Shown here in pieces: positions 53,207 to 62,605 of a DNA stretch of 64,000 nucleotides (positions are counted from its first letter, which is position 1; every line of letters starts with the position of its first letter). The position numbers and the translations under genes are program-made. A model generated the notes under the pieces. It was not told the origin of the DNA. It did not search any database and worked only from the letters and a program-made list of their open reading frames with translations. Source of the stretch: Thermodesulfovibrionia bacterium (GTDB lineage Bacteria; Nitrospirota; Thermodesulfovibrionia; UBA6902). The stretch covers positions 15,502 through 79,501 of the forward strand of contig JAGVNU010000042.1 of the NCBI GenBank assembly GCA_020053105.1. The letters run 5' to 3'.

Positions 53207-54979
53207 CTACCTCCACTTTGCAGGCACTATCGCGGCAATCTTTCCATCCACCTTTTCTTTTGTCTCTTTATCCACCTCCAGCACCGGCGGGTACCAGGGT
53301 TTCATGCGGCAGTCAAAGACCACCGGTTCGCTCAGCCTTGTATGAAACCTGCGGCTCTCAGGTTTATTCCCAGAGATATCACCGGCAGGTTCGAATCGTG
53401 TGAAAAAGGTCCAGAGAAACTCTTTCATATTGAGCGTTGCGGCCCTGCTGTCGTCAACGAGCAGGATTACCGGCCACTCTTCAAGCCCTTTGTGATTTGC
53501 AACCTTACCGCCCAGTGCCGGGTCGTATTCATAATTCCTGCACTGAAGCACGAGAGTACCGGGCAGAAATACCACGGGCTTTTCACAGCCGTCAGGCAAT
53601 GTCCCTTTAAAATCCCCCGGCAGCTTCCTGAGAGGATCTTTCCCCAAGCCCATGAGCACGGCCTTTGAGCCTCTGTTTACCGACGGACCTGTATAATCAA
53701 GCGTGTCCTGTGAAACATTGTCAAATACGAACAGGTCTGTCTGCCAATTGGCCCGTTCAAGGACATGTTCCCAGAGCTTCGCGAAATCAGTTATATCAAT
53801 GTCCCCGTCAGTCACGATCAGGAATTTTGTAAGCGATAACTGGCCTTCACCGAGTATCCTCATCGCAGCTGCAAAGGCCTCTCTCGGGTAACGATTATTG
53901 ACTTTGGCAGCAGCAAGGGAATGGAAGCCGGTGTCGCCGAAAGTCTTTAACTGTTTGACACCGGTCATGACAAGCGGAAAAAGCGGTGAGAGCAGCTCCT
54001 GAAGATAGTCGCCGATATAATAGTCCTCCTGCCGGGGCCTGCCCACAACCGTTGCCGGATAGATTGCATCATTGCGGTGGTAGAGGCGATTTACATTAAA
54101 TACCGGGTAGTCGTGACGCAGAGAGTTATAACCGAAGTGGTCGCCGAACGGACCTTCAGGCCGCCTGATAAATGGTGGAACCTCACCCTTGATAGCAAAC
54201 TCCACATCAGCCACGAGCGCATGTCCGCCGAGGGGATCATCTATCATGTCAAGCCGCTTTCCCAAAAGGAGTGATGCCAGAACAAGTTCAGGAACATCTT
54301 CTGGTACAGGGGCTATTGCCGAAAGAATAAGCGCCGGCGGCCCCCCGATGAAGAGGCTTACAGGGAGGGATTCGTTTCTTTGTTCGGCAACGTTATAGTG
54401 ATATCCTCCGCCTTTATGTATCTGCCAATGTATACCAGTTGTACTGTCATCGTATCTGTGTATCCTGTACATACCAAGGTTATGGCCTTTGCCTTCAGGG
54501 TGTTCTGTATAAACCAGCGGCAGGGTAACAAACGCGCCGCCGTCTGAATGCCATGAAGTGAGCATCGGCAGTTCTGTCAAACGCGGCGGCCTCTGAAGGT
54601 TATCGAGTATGGGAGCGTTCCTGACCTTCTTCGTGCCGATCTTAAGGCCCTGCATTAGAAGCCCTTTCCCGCTCCAGAGCTTGCCCATGTCCGGCGGCAT
54701 GATTCTTTCAGCAAATTTGACCACGTCATTGACAAATTTCACAGGCCGCTTTCCAAAGGCAAGGTCCATCCTGCGTTCCGTGCCGAAGAGGTTTGTTACA
54801 ACAGGGAATCTGCTCCCCTGAACATTTCTGAAAAAGAGCGCAGGTCCACCCTTTTCAATCACCCTTCTGTGTATCTCGGCTATCTCAAGATAAGGATCGA
54901 CAGGGTCATCAACAAAGATCACCTCGTTTTCTTTTTTCAGGATATCGATGTAGGCCCGGAGATCTTTAATGATGTTCAT
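53207..54979 (-). CDS. UbiD-family (prenyl-FMN dependent) decarboxylase
   Basis: 590-aa ORF. UbiD-like blocks: GPALFFRNVQGSRFPVVTNLFG, GGAFVTLPLVYTEHPE, NLGMYR, WQIHKGGGYH, SLLLGKRL, DVEFAIKGEV, EGPFGDHFGYN. Confidence 0.8.
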   Translation of the reverse strand: MNIIKDLRAYIDILKKENEVIFVDDPVDPYLEIAEIHRRVIEKGGPALFFRNVQGSRFPVVTNLFGTERRMDLAFGKRPVKFVNDVVKFAERIMPPDMGKLWSGKGLLMQGLKIGTKKVRNAPILDNLQRPPRLTELPMLTSWHSDGGAFVTLPLVYTEHPEGKGHNLGMYRIHRYDDSTTGIHWQIHKGGGYHYNVAEQRNESLPVSLFIGGPPALILSAIAPVPEDVPELVLASLLLGKRLDMIDDPLGGHALVADVEFAIKGEVPPFIRRPEGPFGDHFGYNSLRHDYPVFNVNRLYHRNDAIYPATVVGRPRQEDYYIGDYLQELLSPLFPLVMTGVKQLKTFGDTGFHSLAAAKVNNRYPREAFAAAMRILGEGQLSLTKFLIVTDGDIDITDFAKLWEHVLERANWQTDLFVFDNVSQDTLDYTGPSVNRGSKAVLMGLGKDPLRKLPGDFKGTLPDGCEKPVVFLPGTLVLQCRNYEYDPALGGKVANHKGLEEWPVILLVDDSRAATLNMKEFLWTFFTRFEPAGDISGNKPESRRFHTRLSEPVVFDCRMKPWYPPVLEVDKETKEKVDGKIAAIVPAKWR

Positions 54980-54985
54980 AATCCG

Positions 54986-56467
54986 TTAGTTCTTTATCAG
55001 TTTTTCCAGCCAGATAAAAAACCTGCCCGAGCGCTTGTAGGCCAGATAAAGGTAAAGCTCAAAAAAACATGTGTAGTTTCGCTTCCTCCATCTCCAGAGA
55101 GACAATGCATGCAGAGGGCCGAATACGATCTTGCTCCAGAAATTCTTTAGAAACCTGTCATACCGGAAAGCCAGAAATGAGTTGATGTAAATGGCATTGA
55201 GCAGACGCGGGTTCTTAATCCACGGGTTTCTCACTTCATCATTGGTAAAGTTCTTCCAGCCTTCAAGATGAGTCGGTGCCTTAAATCCATGCTTTAATGC
55301 TTCCTTATAAAGCAAGGTCCCGGGCAAAGGCACATAAGGCTGGATAGGCACTTCAGCTCCCGGATGTCTTCTGCGTATCTCATCTGCAAAATCCAGGGTC
55401 CTGTTCATCTGTTCTTCTGTCTCGCCCGGCAGTCCAATGAGCAATGAGTACAGGGTCGGGATGTCTCCCCTGGAAGCTACCTCAATACCTGCATCAATCA
55501 TTTTCCTGTTCTGCCCCTTTCTGATAAATTTCAGGACTTCGTCATCAGGTGATTCAACGCCGAAAAAGAGATATACACACCCGCCCTCTTTAAACTTTCT
55601 GATCAGTTCAGGGGTAAAAGTATTTATCCTTACATTGGCGATCCATTTAAAGTTCAGCTCCTTTAAAAGTTCAAGGATATTGACCATCAAATCCTTTTTG
55701 CCAGCTAGGAAGGTATCGTCGTAGAAGGTCAGTTTATTAACTCCGAGTTCTTTGAGTTTCAGCAGCTCGGTCCTGACTTTCTCAAGACTTTTGACCCTGC
55801 AAACATTTTTATGGAAAAAGACGTTATAGCAGAACCCGCATTTATGCGGACACCCCCTTGAGGATTCATATCCGATATTTTCCAGAGTATCAGTCGATCT
55901 TCTTATGTACTCCAAAAGTATTTCTTTCCCTTTACCCTCATATGGGAAGGGCAGGTCTTCTATATTCAGAAAATCCCTGTCCTCGTTCAGTGTATTCTTT
56001 CCATTGCCCTTCCATCCAAGGCCCAGGATGCCGCTGAAATCTTTCTTCCCGTCCTGCATTGCCCTGACGAGTTCCAGCAGCGTCTGTTCTCCTTCCCCTT
56101 TCACAACAAAGTCAACAAGCTCTGACTCAAGCGTCTGCTCTGCCATCATGGATGGATGTGTTCCACCCCATACAAGCGGGATGTCAGGATTGATCCTGCG
56201 GACAAGTTTTGCGAGCCGGAGAGTGTTCTTTATCTGGAAACAGGTCATCGTGGAAAGACCTATCATGAGAGGGTTTCTTGCAACCAGTTCCTTAAATCTT
56301 TCCTTTTTATGTATCCTCTCGTCAAAGTATTCAACAGAAATACCGTGCTGCTCCAGATATGCGCCCAGAGACAGAATTGCCAGTGGGGTCCATGCATGAT
56401 ATGGGAAAGGACTGGCATTTGGATAGGCCAGAAGAATAAAATTGTTCCTGGATTTCATAATATTCAC
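54986..56467 (-). CDS. B12-binding-domain radical SAM enzyme
   Basis: 493-aa ORF. N-terminal cobalamin-binding-like Rossmann region (LMIGLSTMTCFQ...VWGGTHPS), radical SAM cluster motif SSRGCPHKCGFC, then FGVESPDDEVLKFIRKG. Confidence 0.8.
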   Translation of the reverse strand: MNIMKSRNNFILLAYPNASPFPYHAWTPLAILSLGAYLEQHGISVEYFDERIHKKERFKELVARNPLMIGLSTMTCFQIKNTLRLAKLVRRINPDIPLVWGGTHPSMMAEQTLESELVDFVVKGEGEQTLLELVRAMQDGKKDFSGILGLGWKGNGKNTLNEDRDFLNIEDLPFPYEGKGKEILLEYIRRSTDTLENIGYESSRGCPHKCGFCYNVFFHKNVCRVKSLEKVRTELLKLKELGVNKLTFYDDTFLAGKKDLMVNILELLKELNFKWIANVRINTFTPELIRKFKEGGCVYLFFGVESPDDEVLKFIRKGQNRKMIDAGIEVASRGDIPTLYSLLIGLPGETEEQMNRTLDFADEIRRRHPGAEVPIQPYVPLPGTLLYKEALKHGFKAPTHLEGWKNFTNDEVRNPWIKNPRLLNAIYINSFLAFRYDRFLKNFWSKIVFGPLHALSLWRWRKRNYTCFFELYLYLAYKRSGRFFIWLEKLIKN

Positions 56468-56492
56468 GAAAATTTATTTATAGAAGCTTCTC

Positions 56493-57458
56493 TTACTTCT
56501 TAAGCGGATAACTGACGAGTCCGTAAATTGTAGCTACAATAATATCTATGCCTAATAAATAATTCAAGAAAAGCGCCCTGACTGCAAACAAAAGGCCGGC
56601 TTCCCTGCGCATGAAGTTCCACCATTTCAGGTTCGATATAATGAAGATGATTACTAAGGCCCCAAAAATATTCCTGGCCGCCGGTATAGCGGGCATGAAA
56701 AATAGTGAGATAAAACTCAGAAAGGAACAGATCGCCGCAATCCCATTACTCGGTGAGGTTGGCCCTGCGTTGTCTAACTGCCGGTCCTTCAGAAACAAAT
56801 GTATCCACATGACCGCGCGTTTAAAATAATTTCTTACTGCTTCATTGAAATTATTGACAAACTGATGTCTAACCAGCATTTTCGGGTCCAGGAAAATACT
56901 GTCTACCTTGATAATCCTGCGGGCAAGTTCGAAGTCTTCGACATCCGCCCCCTTATATGATTCGTCATACCCTCCTACCCTTTGAAACAATTCCTTCTTA
57001 ATCGCGCCGCACCTCGGGGCAAACACGCTGACCTTGCCTTCCCTTGCGCTGACAAGGTGGATATATTCAAACATCGCCATATAGGTCGGCACAAAACCAC
57101 GGTTTAAAGGTTCTGTCGCGCATACTCCAATCACACAGTTTGCAGAGGGATTTTTTTCAAAGTAGTCCTTAACCTCCCTGACCGTGCCGTCCAGAACGAG
57201 CACATCGGAGTCGAGGAAGAAAATGATATCCCCTTTGGCCTCTTTCACCCCCCTGTTCCTTGCCCTGGCCGGCCCTCCGTTTTTCTCCATCTGAAGGACC
57301 CTTGCCGGATATTTCTTCGCTATTTCTACGGTGTCATCCTTTGAGCAGTCATCAACGATTATGACCTCCATATTATCAACGGCCTGTTTAAAGATCGATT
57401 CCAGAAGGTCAGGCATGAATCTGGACGAATTGTATGTGGGGATTACGATTGAGATCAT
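56493..57458 (-). CDS. Family 2 glycosyltransferase with C-terminal membrane helices
   Basis: 321-aa ORF. Motifs: MISIVIPTYNS, IIVDDCSKDDT, GGPARARNRG, FFLDSDV (DxD). Hydrophobic C-terminal third. Confidence 0.85.
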   Translation of the reverse strand: MISIVIPTYNSSRFMPDLLESIFKQAVDNMEVIIVDDCSKDDTVEIAKKYPARVLQMEKNGGPARARNRGVKEAKGDIIFFLDSDVLVLDGTVREVKDYFEKNPSANCVIGVCATEPLNRGFVPTYMAMFEYIHLVSAREGKVSVFAPRCGAIKKELFQRVGGYDESYKGADVEDFELARRIIKVDSIFLDPKMLVRHQFVNNFNEAVRNYFKRAVMWIHLFLKDRQLDNAGPTSPSNGIAAICSFLSFISLFFMPAIPAARNIFGALVIIFIISNLKWWNFMRREAGLLFAVRALFLNYLLGIDIIVATIYGLVSYPLKK

Positions 57459-57605
57459 TTTTTAAGTATATTATTATACCGTTATGATATGAATTTATAA
57501 ATCCGCACTGTTTTATGATAAATAATAAAAATCAATGTCTTGCAATGGTATCGACTTCCCCTGATAAATCTTTAGGATAAGTATACTTTTGAGCAGCGCC
57601 GTATA

Positions 57606-58574
57606 TCATATTCCGTCAAGGACTTCTTTAACACTGCTTATCACCCTTTTGTTCCAGACTATAGAAATATGATTGACGGGCAAATTAATATGTCTCTCCG
57701 CCCATGGCATTACCGAACTTTCAGCAGTGACCATAAAATCCCCCTTGCCGGGTTTCAGCTCGTCAGGGAGTATGGATGACGGGAATATTTTGATTAATGA
57801 ATCAGGAATTTTCAGGAACGGTTTAGGATACAATTTGTCCCCCTGCTTTTCCCTTCTGTATAGAGTGAGCAGTTCCGTCTTTGTGCCGCCGAATGACATG
57901 TAGTTAATGCCCGCTGATGGAACGTCTTTCAGGCCCTTGAAAAACTCAGATCCCGGCACAAGCTCTTTCAGCGCATTGCCTTCCAGCAGATCTGTCACAT
58001 TTTTAATGACACCGGACACAGTGCCGTGGGTATCTTTTGGAAGAACGCCTTTGAGAAAAGCGGTCAAGGGGGAAAGTTTATTCCCTATCCGTGAAAGAGA
58101 ACTCCCCCCATGCGGGGTCGAGATAGTGATCAGGGCCTTAACTCCGGGGGTCTTCCTTTCCATAGACTTTCTGGCGATCAGGCCTCCCCGGCTGTGTCCG
58201 ATAAGCGCTATCGGTTTGTCGGGGAAAAGCCGCCTTGCCGTATGCATAACTTCATCAAGCTCTTCTACAGCAGCGGCAATCGGCCCCACAGGTCTTCTCT
58301 GACTCCAGCATAAGACATTAAATCCCCTGTCCCTCAATACGGTCCAAAGGGTGTCTACCTTATCCGGGACACTGCCGATAGTGATCATTTTCCCGCCTTT
58401 TAATGGAGTGGGTTTTGGCGGGGTTGCCGCAAATACCCGCAGCGGGATGTTCCTGGCGAATATTTTTGTTCCAAGTGGATCGGTCCAGAAGTTTTTATTC
58501 ATTCCAAGGCCGTGGATGAAGATCACAACGGGTTTGCCTGAGTTGCCCTTATGGACCAATACATCTAATTCCAT
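57606..58574 (-). CDS. Alpha/beta-fold hydrolase (lipase/esterase-like)
   Basis: 322-aa ORF. Motifs: PVVIFIHGLGMNKNFW, nucleophile elbow IALIGHSRGG, TISTPHGGS. Confidence 0.7.
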   Translation of the reverse strand: MELDVLVHKGNSGKPVVIFIHGLGMNKNFWTDPLGTKIFARNIPLRVFAATPPKPTPLKGGKMITIGSVPDKVDTLWTVLRDRGFNVLCWSQRRPVGPIAAAVEELDEVMHTARRLFPDKPIALIGHSRGGLIARKSMERKTPGVKALITISTPHGGSSLSRIGNKLSPLTAFLKGVLPKDTHGTVSGVIKNVTDLLEGNALKELVPGSEFFKGLKDVPSAGINYMSFGGTKTELLTLYRREKQGDKLYPKPFLKIPDSLIKIFPSSILPDELKPGKGDFMVTAESSVMPWAERHINLPVNHISIVWNKRVISSVKEVLDGI

Positions 58575-58593
58575 ATATTAGTTTCGGACTATA

Positions 58594-59025
58594 TTAAAAG
58601 CTTATCTTTTTTAATCCCCCGTCCTTGTCCAGATACACTACCTCTGTTATCTGCGCGTTTCTGATCATGCGGTCACACAGTTTGCAGGGCTTACCCGCAG
58701 CGCAACTCATGTCCTCTTCAAAACCCGCTATATAAATCGTGGCGCCCTTCATCCTCTCAGGAGGGGCATTTATGATTGCATTCTGTTCAGCATGGACCGC
58801 TTCACACAATTCATACCTCTCGCCTGACGGCACGTTGAGTTCCTTTCTTACGCATGTCCCTATGTCTATGCAATTATCTATGCCCCGGGGAGCCCCGTTG
58901 TACCCTGAACTTATCATTACCCTGTCCTTTACAATAACAGCGCCATATTTTCTGCGCAGGCAGGTTGATCTTGATGACACTACCTTTGCTATTTCTATGA
59001 AATAATCATCCCAGTCAGGCCGCAC
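58594..59025 (-). CDS. Deoxycytidylate (dCMP) deaminase / ComEB-type cytidine-deoxycytidylate deaminase
   Basis: 143-aa ORF. Motifs: WDDYFIEIAKVVSSRSTCLRRKYGAVIV, zinc motifs VHAEQNAI and PCKLC. Confidence 0.85.
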   Translation of the reverse strand: MRPDWDDYFIEIAKVVSSRSTCLRRKYGAVIVKDRVMISSGYNGAPRGIDNCIDIGTCVRKELNVPSGERYELCEAVHAEQNAIINAPPERMKGATIYIAGFEEDMSCAAGKPCKLCDRMIRNAQITEVVYLDKDGGLKKISF

Positions 59026-59134
59026 TATATTTCACCTCATATTCCAAAAAATTTGTTCTGTAAATTATAACAGAGACAGCTGTATCCTTCAAAAGCTCAG
59101 GCAGGTATTGCTCTCAAACACTAACAAAGACATT

Positions 59135-59791
59135 TTAGTCTTTGGCCATTATTAATGTGCTGTAACCCTCGTCAGCGAGCTTCCGGGCAAAAACATACGC
59201 GCTGTCATACGTGCTGAACTCCCCTATTCTTACCCTGTGATACTTCTTTCCGTTAAGAGAGACGGCCGTCACGAAAACATCATTATATTCGAATTCAAGT
59301 CCCTTCTTGAGCCGCAGGGCATTTGATTCCTCGATAAATGATCCAACCTGGACAGTTAATGCAGTTGCTACTGTTACGGAAGGTTCAAAGGGCACTCTCT
59401 TTGCGTAGAGCATGTTTCTTCCGAGATCTTCTATCTTGACCTTTCCGACCCCTATTTCCGCAAATCCTATCTGCCTCGCCGCGCCGTAGGAAAGATCCAG
59501 GTCCCGACCCCATATAAACGGGCCCCTGTCATTTACCGTGACGTCCACTGATTTGTCATTTGCCGGGTTTGTAACGCGCAGCCTTGTCCCGAACTTCATT
59601 GTCTTGTGCGCTGCGGTAAACCCATACATGTCATACCGTTCCCCCGAAGACGTGGGCCTGCCGTGAAAGTCCTTGCCGTACCATGAGGCGGTGATGTACC
59701 TTGCCCCAGGCTCGGGTTCATAGTCACGCGGAGGGGTGGAGGCGCAGGATGAGAGAAACACCAGTCCGATTATGACAGCAAGACGTTTCAT
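59135..59791 (-). CDS. rlpA: RlpA-family lipoprotein (double-psi beta-barrel + SPOR domain)
   Basis: ORF track 59135..59848. The ATG at 59791 gives MKRLAVIIGLVFLSSC (lipobox). Motifs: ASWYGKDFHGRPTSSGERYDMYGFTAAHKTMKFGTRLRVTN, VTVNDRGPF, C-terminal SPOR-like VQVGSFIEESNALRLKKGLE...RVRIGEF. Confidence 0.9.
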   Translation of the reverse strand: MKRLAVIIGLVFLSSCASTPPRDYEPEPGARYITASWYGKDFHGRPTSSGERYDMYGFTAAHKTMKFGTRLRVTNPANDKSVDVTVNDRGPFIWGRDLDLSYGAARQIGFAEIGVGKVKIEDLGRNMLYAKRVPFEPSVTVATALTVQVGSFIEESNALRLKKGLEFEYNDVFVTAVSLNGKKYHRVRIGEFSTYDSAYVFARKLADEGYSTLIMAKD

Positions 59792-59893
59792 CGCATTATA
59801 ATAACCAAAATGCTGCCGGGTTTTCCTGCTGTATATTGCTTCCTGCAAGCGCCTAAACAGAGCGTCTTTATATGCTTAATACCGGTTCAAAAA

Positions 59894-62182
59894 TCAACTG
59901 CACTTCGTAAACCCGCAGTCCCTGCACACAGCGCATCCGCCTTCATGCTCAACAGCTCCGCCGCAGTCAGGACACGCGCCGGAGAATATGGCCTTTTCCT
60001 TCTTGGGATGCGAGCCGTTGCCGTTGCTCTTGTTGCCGCGCTCCATATATCTCTCTACGGCCTTTGATATCGCATCAGAGCAGGACGCTATCTTTCCACC
60101 GTTGGCCCATGCAGGGCTGTGGCAGCTTATGCCCCTTAGCTGTTTTTCGATCTCGATGGGTTCGATATTGCTTCTGAAGGCAAGGCTCACAAGCCTGCCG
60201 ATTGCCTCTGCCTGGCTCGAGGCGCAGCCGCCCGCCTTTCCCATTTGAGTGAAGAGTTCGAATAGGTTTCCTTCAGCGTCTTCATTTATTGTGACGTACA
60301 GGTTACCGCAGCCGGTCTTCATCAGCCTCGTTGTGCCTTTGATGACCTCAGGCCTTTTCCTTGGTGTAATTTTAATTGTCGGCTGGACTGCTTCTTTTTC
60401 AGCTTCCTGTTTTGCCGTCTGCCCTGTAGAGAGGACCTGCTCCTCCCTTGAACCATCCCTGTACACCGTAAGTCCCTTGCAGCCAAGGCCATAGGCGAGG
60501 AAATAAACATCCTCAACATCCTTGGGGCATGCGTTGTGGGAGAAATTGACGGTCTTTGAAACCGCGTTATCAACGTGTTTCTGAAAGGCCGCCTGCATCC
60601 TTACATGGTCAAGGGGAGATATATCGTGCGCGGTGATGAACGTCTTTTTCACATCCTCGGGGACTTCATCGATGTCTTTCAGGCTTCCCTTTTCAGCTAT
60701 CCTTTCGATAAGCTCCTTGCTCCAGATTCCCCTTTCCTTTGCTATTCTCTCAAAATGCGGATTCACCTCGTACATCTTTGTGCCTTCAAGGACGTTCCGC
60801 ACAAAAGACACTGCAAACAAAGGCTCTATGCCGCTTGAGCAACCCGCTATTATTGAAAGGGTCCCTGTCGGCGCAATCGTTGTGGTAGTGGCGTTTCTCA
60901 CCGCCATATCATCTGTGTAAATACTCTCTTCAAAATTCGGGAAGACACCCCTTTCAACTGCCAGGAATGCGGACTGTTTTTTGCTTTCCGCCTGGATAAA
61001 TTTCATGACCTCTGATGCAAGCTTTGATGCCTCGACCGAGTTATAGGGAATGCCGAGTTGTATCAGCATGTCGGCCCAGCCCATTACGCCAAGGCCTATT
61101 TTCCGGTTTGCCTTTGTTGCTTCCTCTATTTTTCTCATCGGATACTTGTTTATATCAATAACATTATCAAGGAAATGAACGGAAAGACGCACTGTCTCCC
61201 TGAGGCCGTCCCAGTCTATCATTTCAGAACCCGCACCGGCGCTCCCCTGCTTCCGAGCCTCCGTGCTGTTTGCATTAACGAACCTGGCAAGGTTAATAGA
61301 GCCCAGATTACAAGACTCATACGGCAGAAGCGGCTGCTCTCCGCAGGGATTCGTGCTCTCAATCTGGCCCGCTGCAGGAGTAGGATTGAACTGATTTATC
61401 CTGTCCATGAATATGACACCGGGCTCCCCGTTTTTCCAGGCATGGTTTACGATCAGATTAAATACGCTTCTGGCTTTTAACCGGCGGACAGGCTTCTTTG
61501 TATGGGGATTTATCAGATCATATTCTTCGTCTTTTTCAATTGCCTTCATAAATACATCAGTCAAGGCTACCGACAGGTTGAAATTGTTGAGTTTGGAGAT
61601 ATTGTCTTTTGCAGAGATGAAATCAAGGATATCGGGATGGTCGACACGCAATATCCCCATGTTGGCCCCTCTTCTTGTGCCGCCCTGTTTGATGGCCTCG
61701 GTTGCAGAATCAAAGACCGTCATGAATGAAATCGGGCCCGAGGAGACCCCTTTGGTTGAACCAACGATATCACCTTTTGGTCTTAAATTCGAGAATGAAA
61801 ACCCCGTGCCCCCGCCTGACTTGTGGATGAGGGCCGCGTTTTTCACCGCGTCAAAAATAGATTCCATTGAATCCTCAACAGGGAGAACAAAGCAGGCAGA
61901 TAATTGTCCGAGTCTCCTGCCGGCGTTCATGAGAGTAGGACTGTTTGGCAAAAACTTCAATGACGTCATCAGGGCATAAAACCTGTCCTCAAGGCTGCTG
62001 ATTTCAGCATCGGATTTGCCGTAATTCAGCTCAACTGATGCAACGGCCCTGGCGACCCTGCGGAACAGATCAACCGGCCCCTCAATGGTCTTCCCATCTT
62101 CGTCTTTCTTCAGATATCTCTTCTCAAGGACCTTCATTGCGCTCGGACTTAAATCAATCTGGGTAGATATCATCTCTGCCAT
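59894..62182 (-). CDS. nrdJ: Class II (adenosylcobalamin-dependent) ribonucleotide reductase with C-terminal zinc finger
   Basis: 762-aa ORF. Motifs: LPNSPTLMNAG, SACFVL, GGGTGFSFSNLRPKG, TNPCGEQPLLPYESCNLGSINL, ATTTIAPTGT, KTVNF, C-terminal CPDCGGAVEHEGGCAVCRDCGFTKC. Confidence 0.9.
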   Translation of the reverse strand: MAEMISTQIDLSPSAMKVLEKRYLKKDEDGKTIEGPVDLFRRVARAVASVELNYGKSDAEISSLEDRFYALMTSLKFLPNSPTLMNAGRRLGQLSACFVLPVEDSMESIFDAVKNAALIHKSGGGTGFSFSNLRPKGDIVGSTKGVSSGPISFMTVFDSATEAIKQGGTRRGANMGILRVDHPDILDFISAKDNISKLNNFNLSVALTDVFMKAIEKDEEYDLINPHTKKPVRRLKARSVFNLIVNHAWKNGEPGVIFMDRINQFNPTPAAGQIESTNPCGEQPLLPYESCNLGSINLARFVNANSTEARKQGSAGAGSEMIDWDGLRETVRLSVHFLDNVIDINKYPMRKIEEATKANRKIGLGVMGWADMLIQLGIPYNSVEASKLASEVMKFIQAESKKQSAFLAVERGVFPNFEESIYTDDMAVRNATTTTIAPTGTLSIIAGCSSGIEPLFAVSFVRNVLEGTKMYEVNPHFERIAKERGIWSKELIERIAEKGSLKDIDEVPEDVKKTFITAHDISPLDHVRMQAAFQKHVDNAVSKTVNFSHNACPKDVEDVYFLAYGLGCKGLTVYRDGSREEQVLSTGQTAKQEAEKEAVQPTIKITPRKRPEVIKGTTRLMKTGCGNLYVTINEDAEGNLFELFTQMGKAGGCASSQAEAIGRLVSLAFRSNIEPIEIEKQLRGISCHSPAWANGGKIASCSDAISKAVERYMERGNKSNGNGSHPKKEKAIFSGACPDCGGAVEHEGGCAVCRDCGFTKCS

Positions 62183-62277
62183 TATTCCTCCCTTTTCATT
62201 AACTGCTTATAACATTTTTTCATATATAAATGGATAATAAACCGCGTAGTTATGCTGCTCTGCTTATAATTATTATT

Positions 62278-62324
62278 GCACTCTATTTAGAGGCTGTAGA
62301 AAATTAAACCACAATATGTTGTAT
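62278..62324. promoter_or_regulatory. Two tandem NrdR-box-like 16-mers, 31 bp apart, upstream of nrdJ
   Basis: gcactctatttagagg (62278-93) matches 11/16 and ccacaatatgttgtat (62309-24) matches 13/16 against the remembered consensus acaCwAtATaTwGtgt. They lie about 95-140 nt upstream of the nrdJ ATG (62182, minus strand). Confidence 0.5.
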
Positions 62325-62605
62325 ATGTCAAGCCAAAAAATAAGTATTTTAGAACTATATGATTTTAATGAGGTTTTATTGTGAACAGGCGGTGAATTAA
62401 ATGTGGATTATAACAAGGGGGCCATGTCTGACGGATCTGAGCCGGCCGCTACCCCCCTTATTCTTAACATTTAGATTAATCATTTCGTTTGGAGTTTTCA
62501 GTAAAATAGAAACAATAAACGTAAATTAAATTCTTCCATATAAATGCCGGCAGAATTTTACAATAAATCGCATCCGATTCCAATACTCTTTTCAGGAGGG
62601 AATTT

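Noticed and set aside
54986-57458. Calling the radical SAM + GT2 pair hpnJ/hpnI (hopanoid glucosamine/cyclitol ether pathway)
   Set aside because: Only the domain-level resemblance is visible. The GT2 is shorter than I remember HpnI to be, no hpnK, shc or other hpn genes are present, and I cannot run the family HMMs.
62415-62459. GC-rich patch (aagggggccatgtctgacggatctgagccggccgctacccccctt) in the AT-rich nrdJ upstream region; considered as a cobalamin riboswitch or sRNA
   Set aside because: It is far too short for a B12 riboswitch and I could not recognise a B12 box. Only the terminal G5/C6 runs pair. B12 riboswitches normally control B12-independent isozymes, not NrdJ. It remains unexplained.
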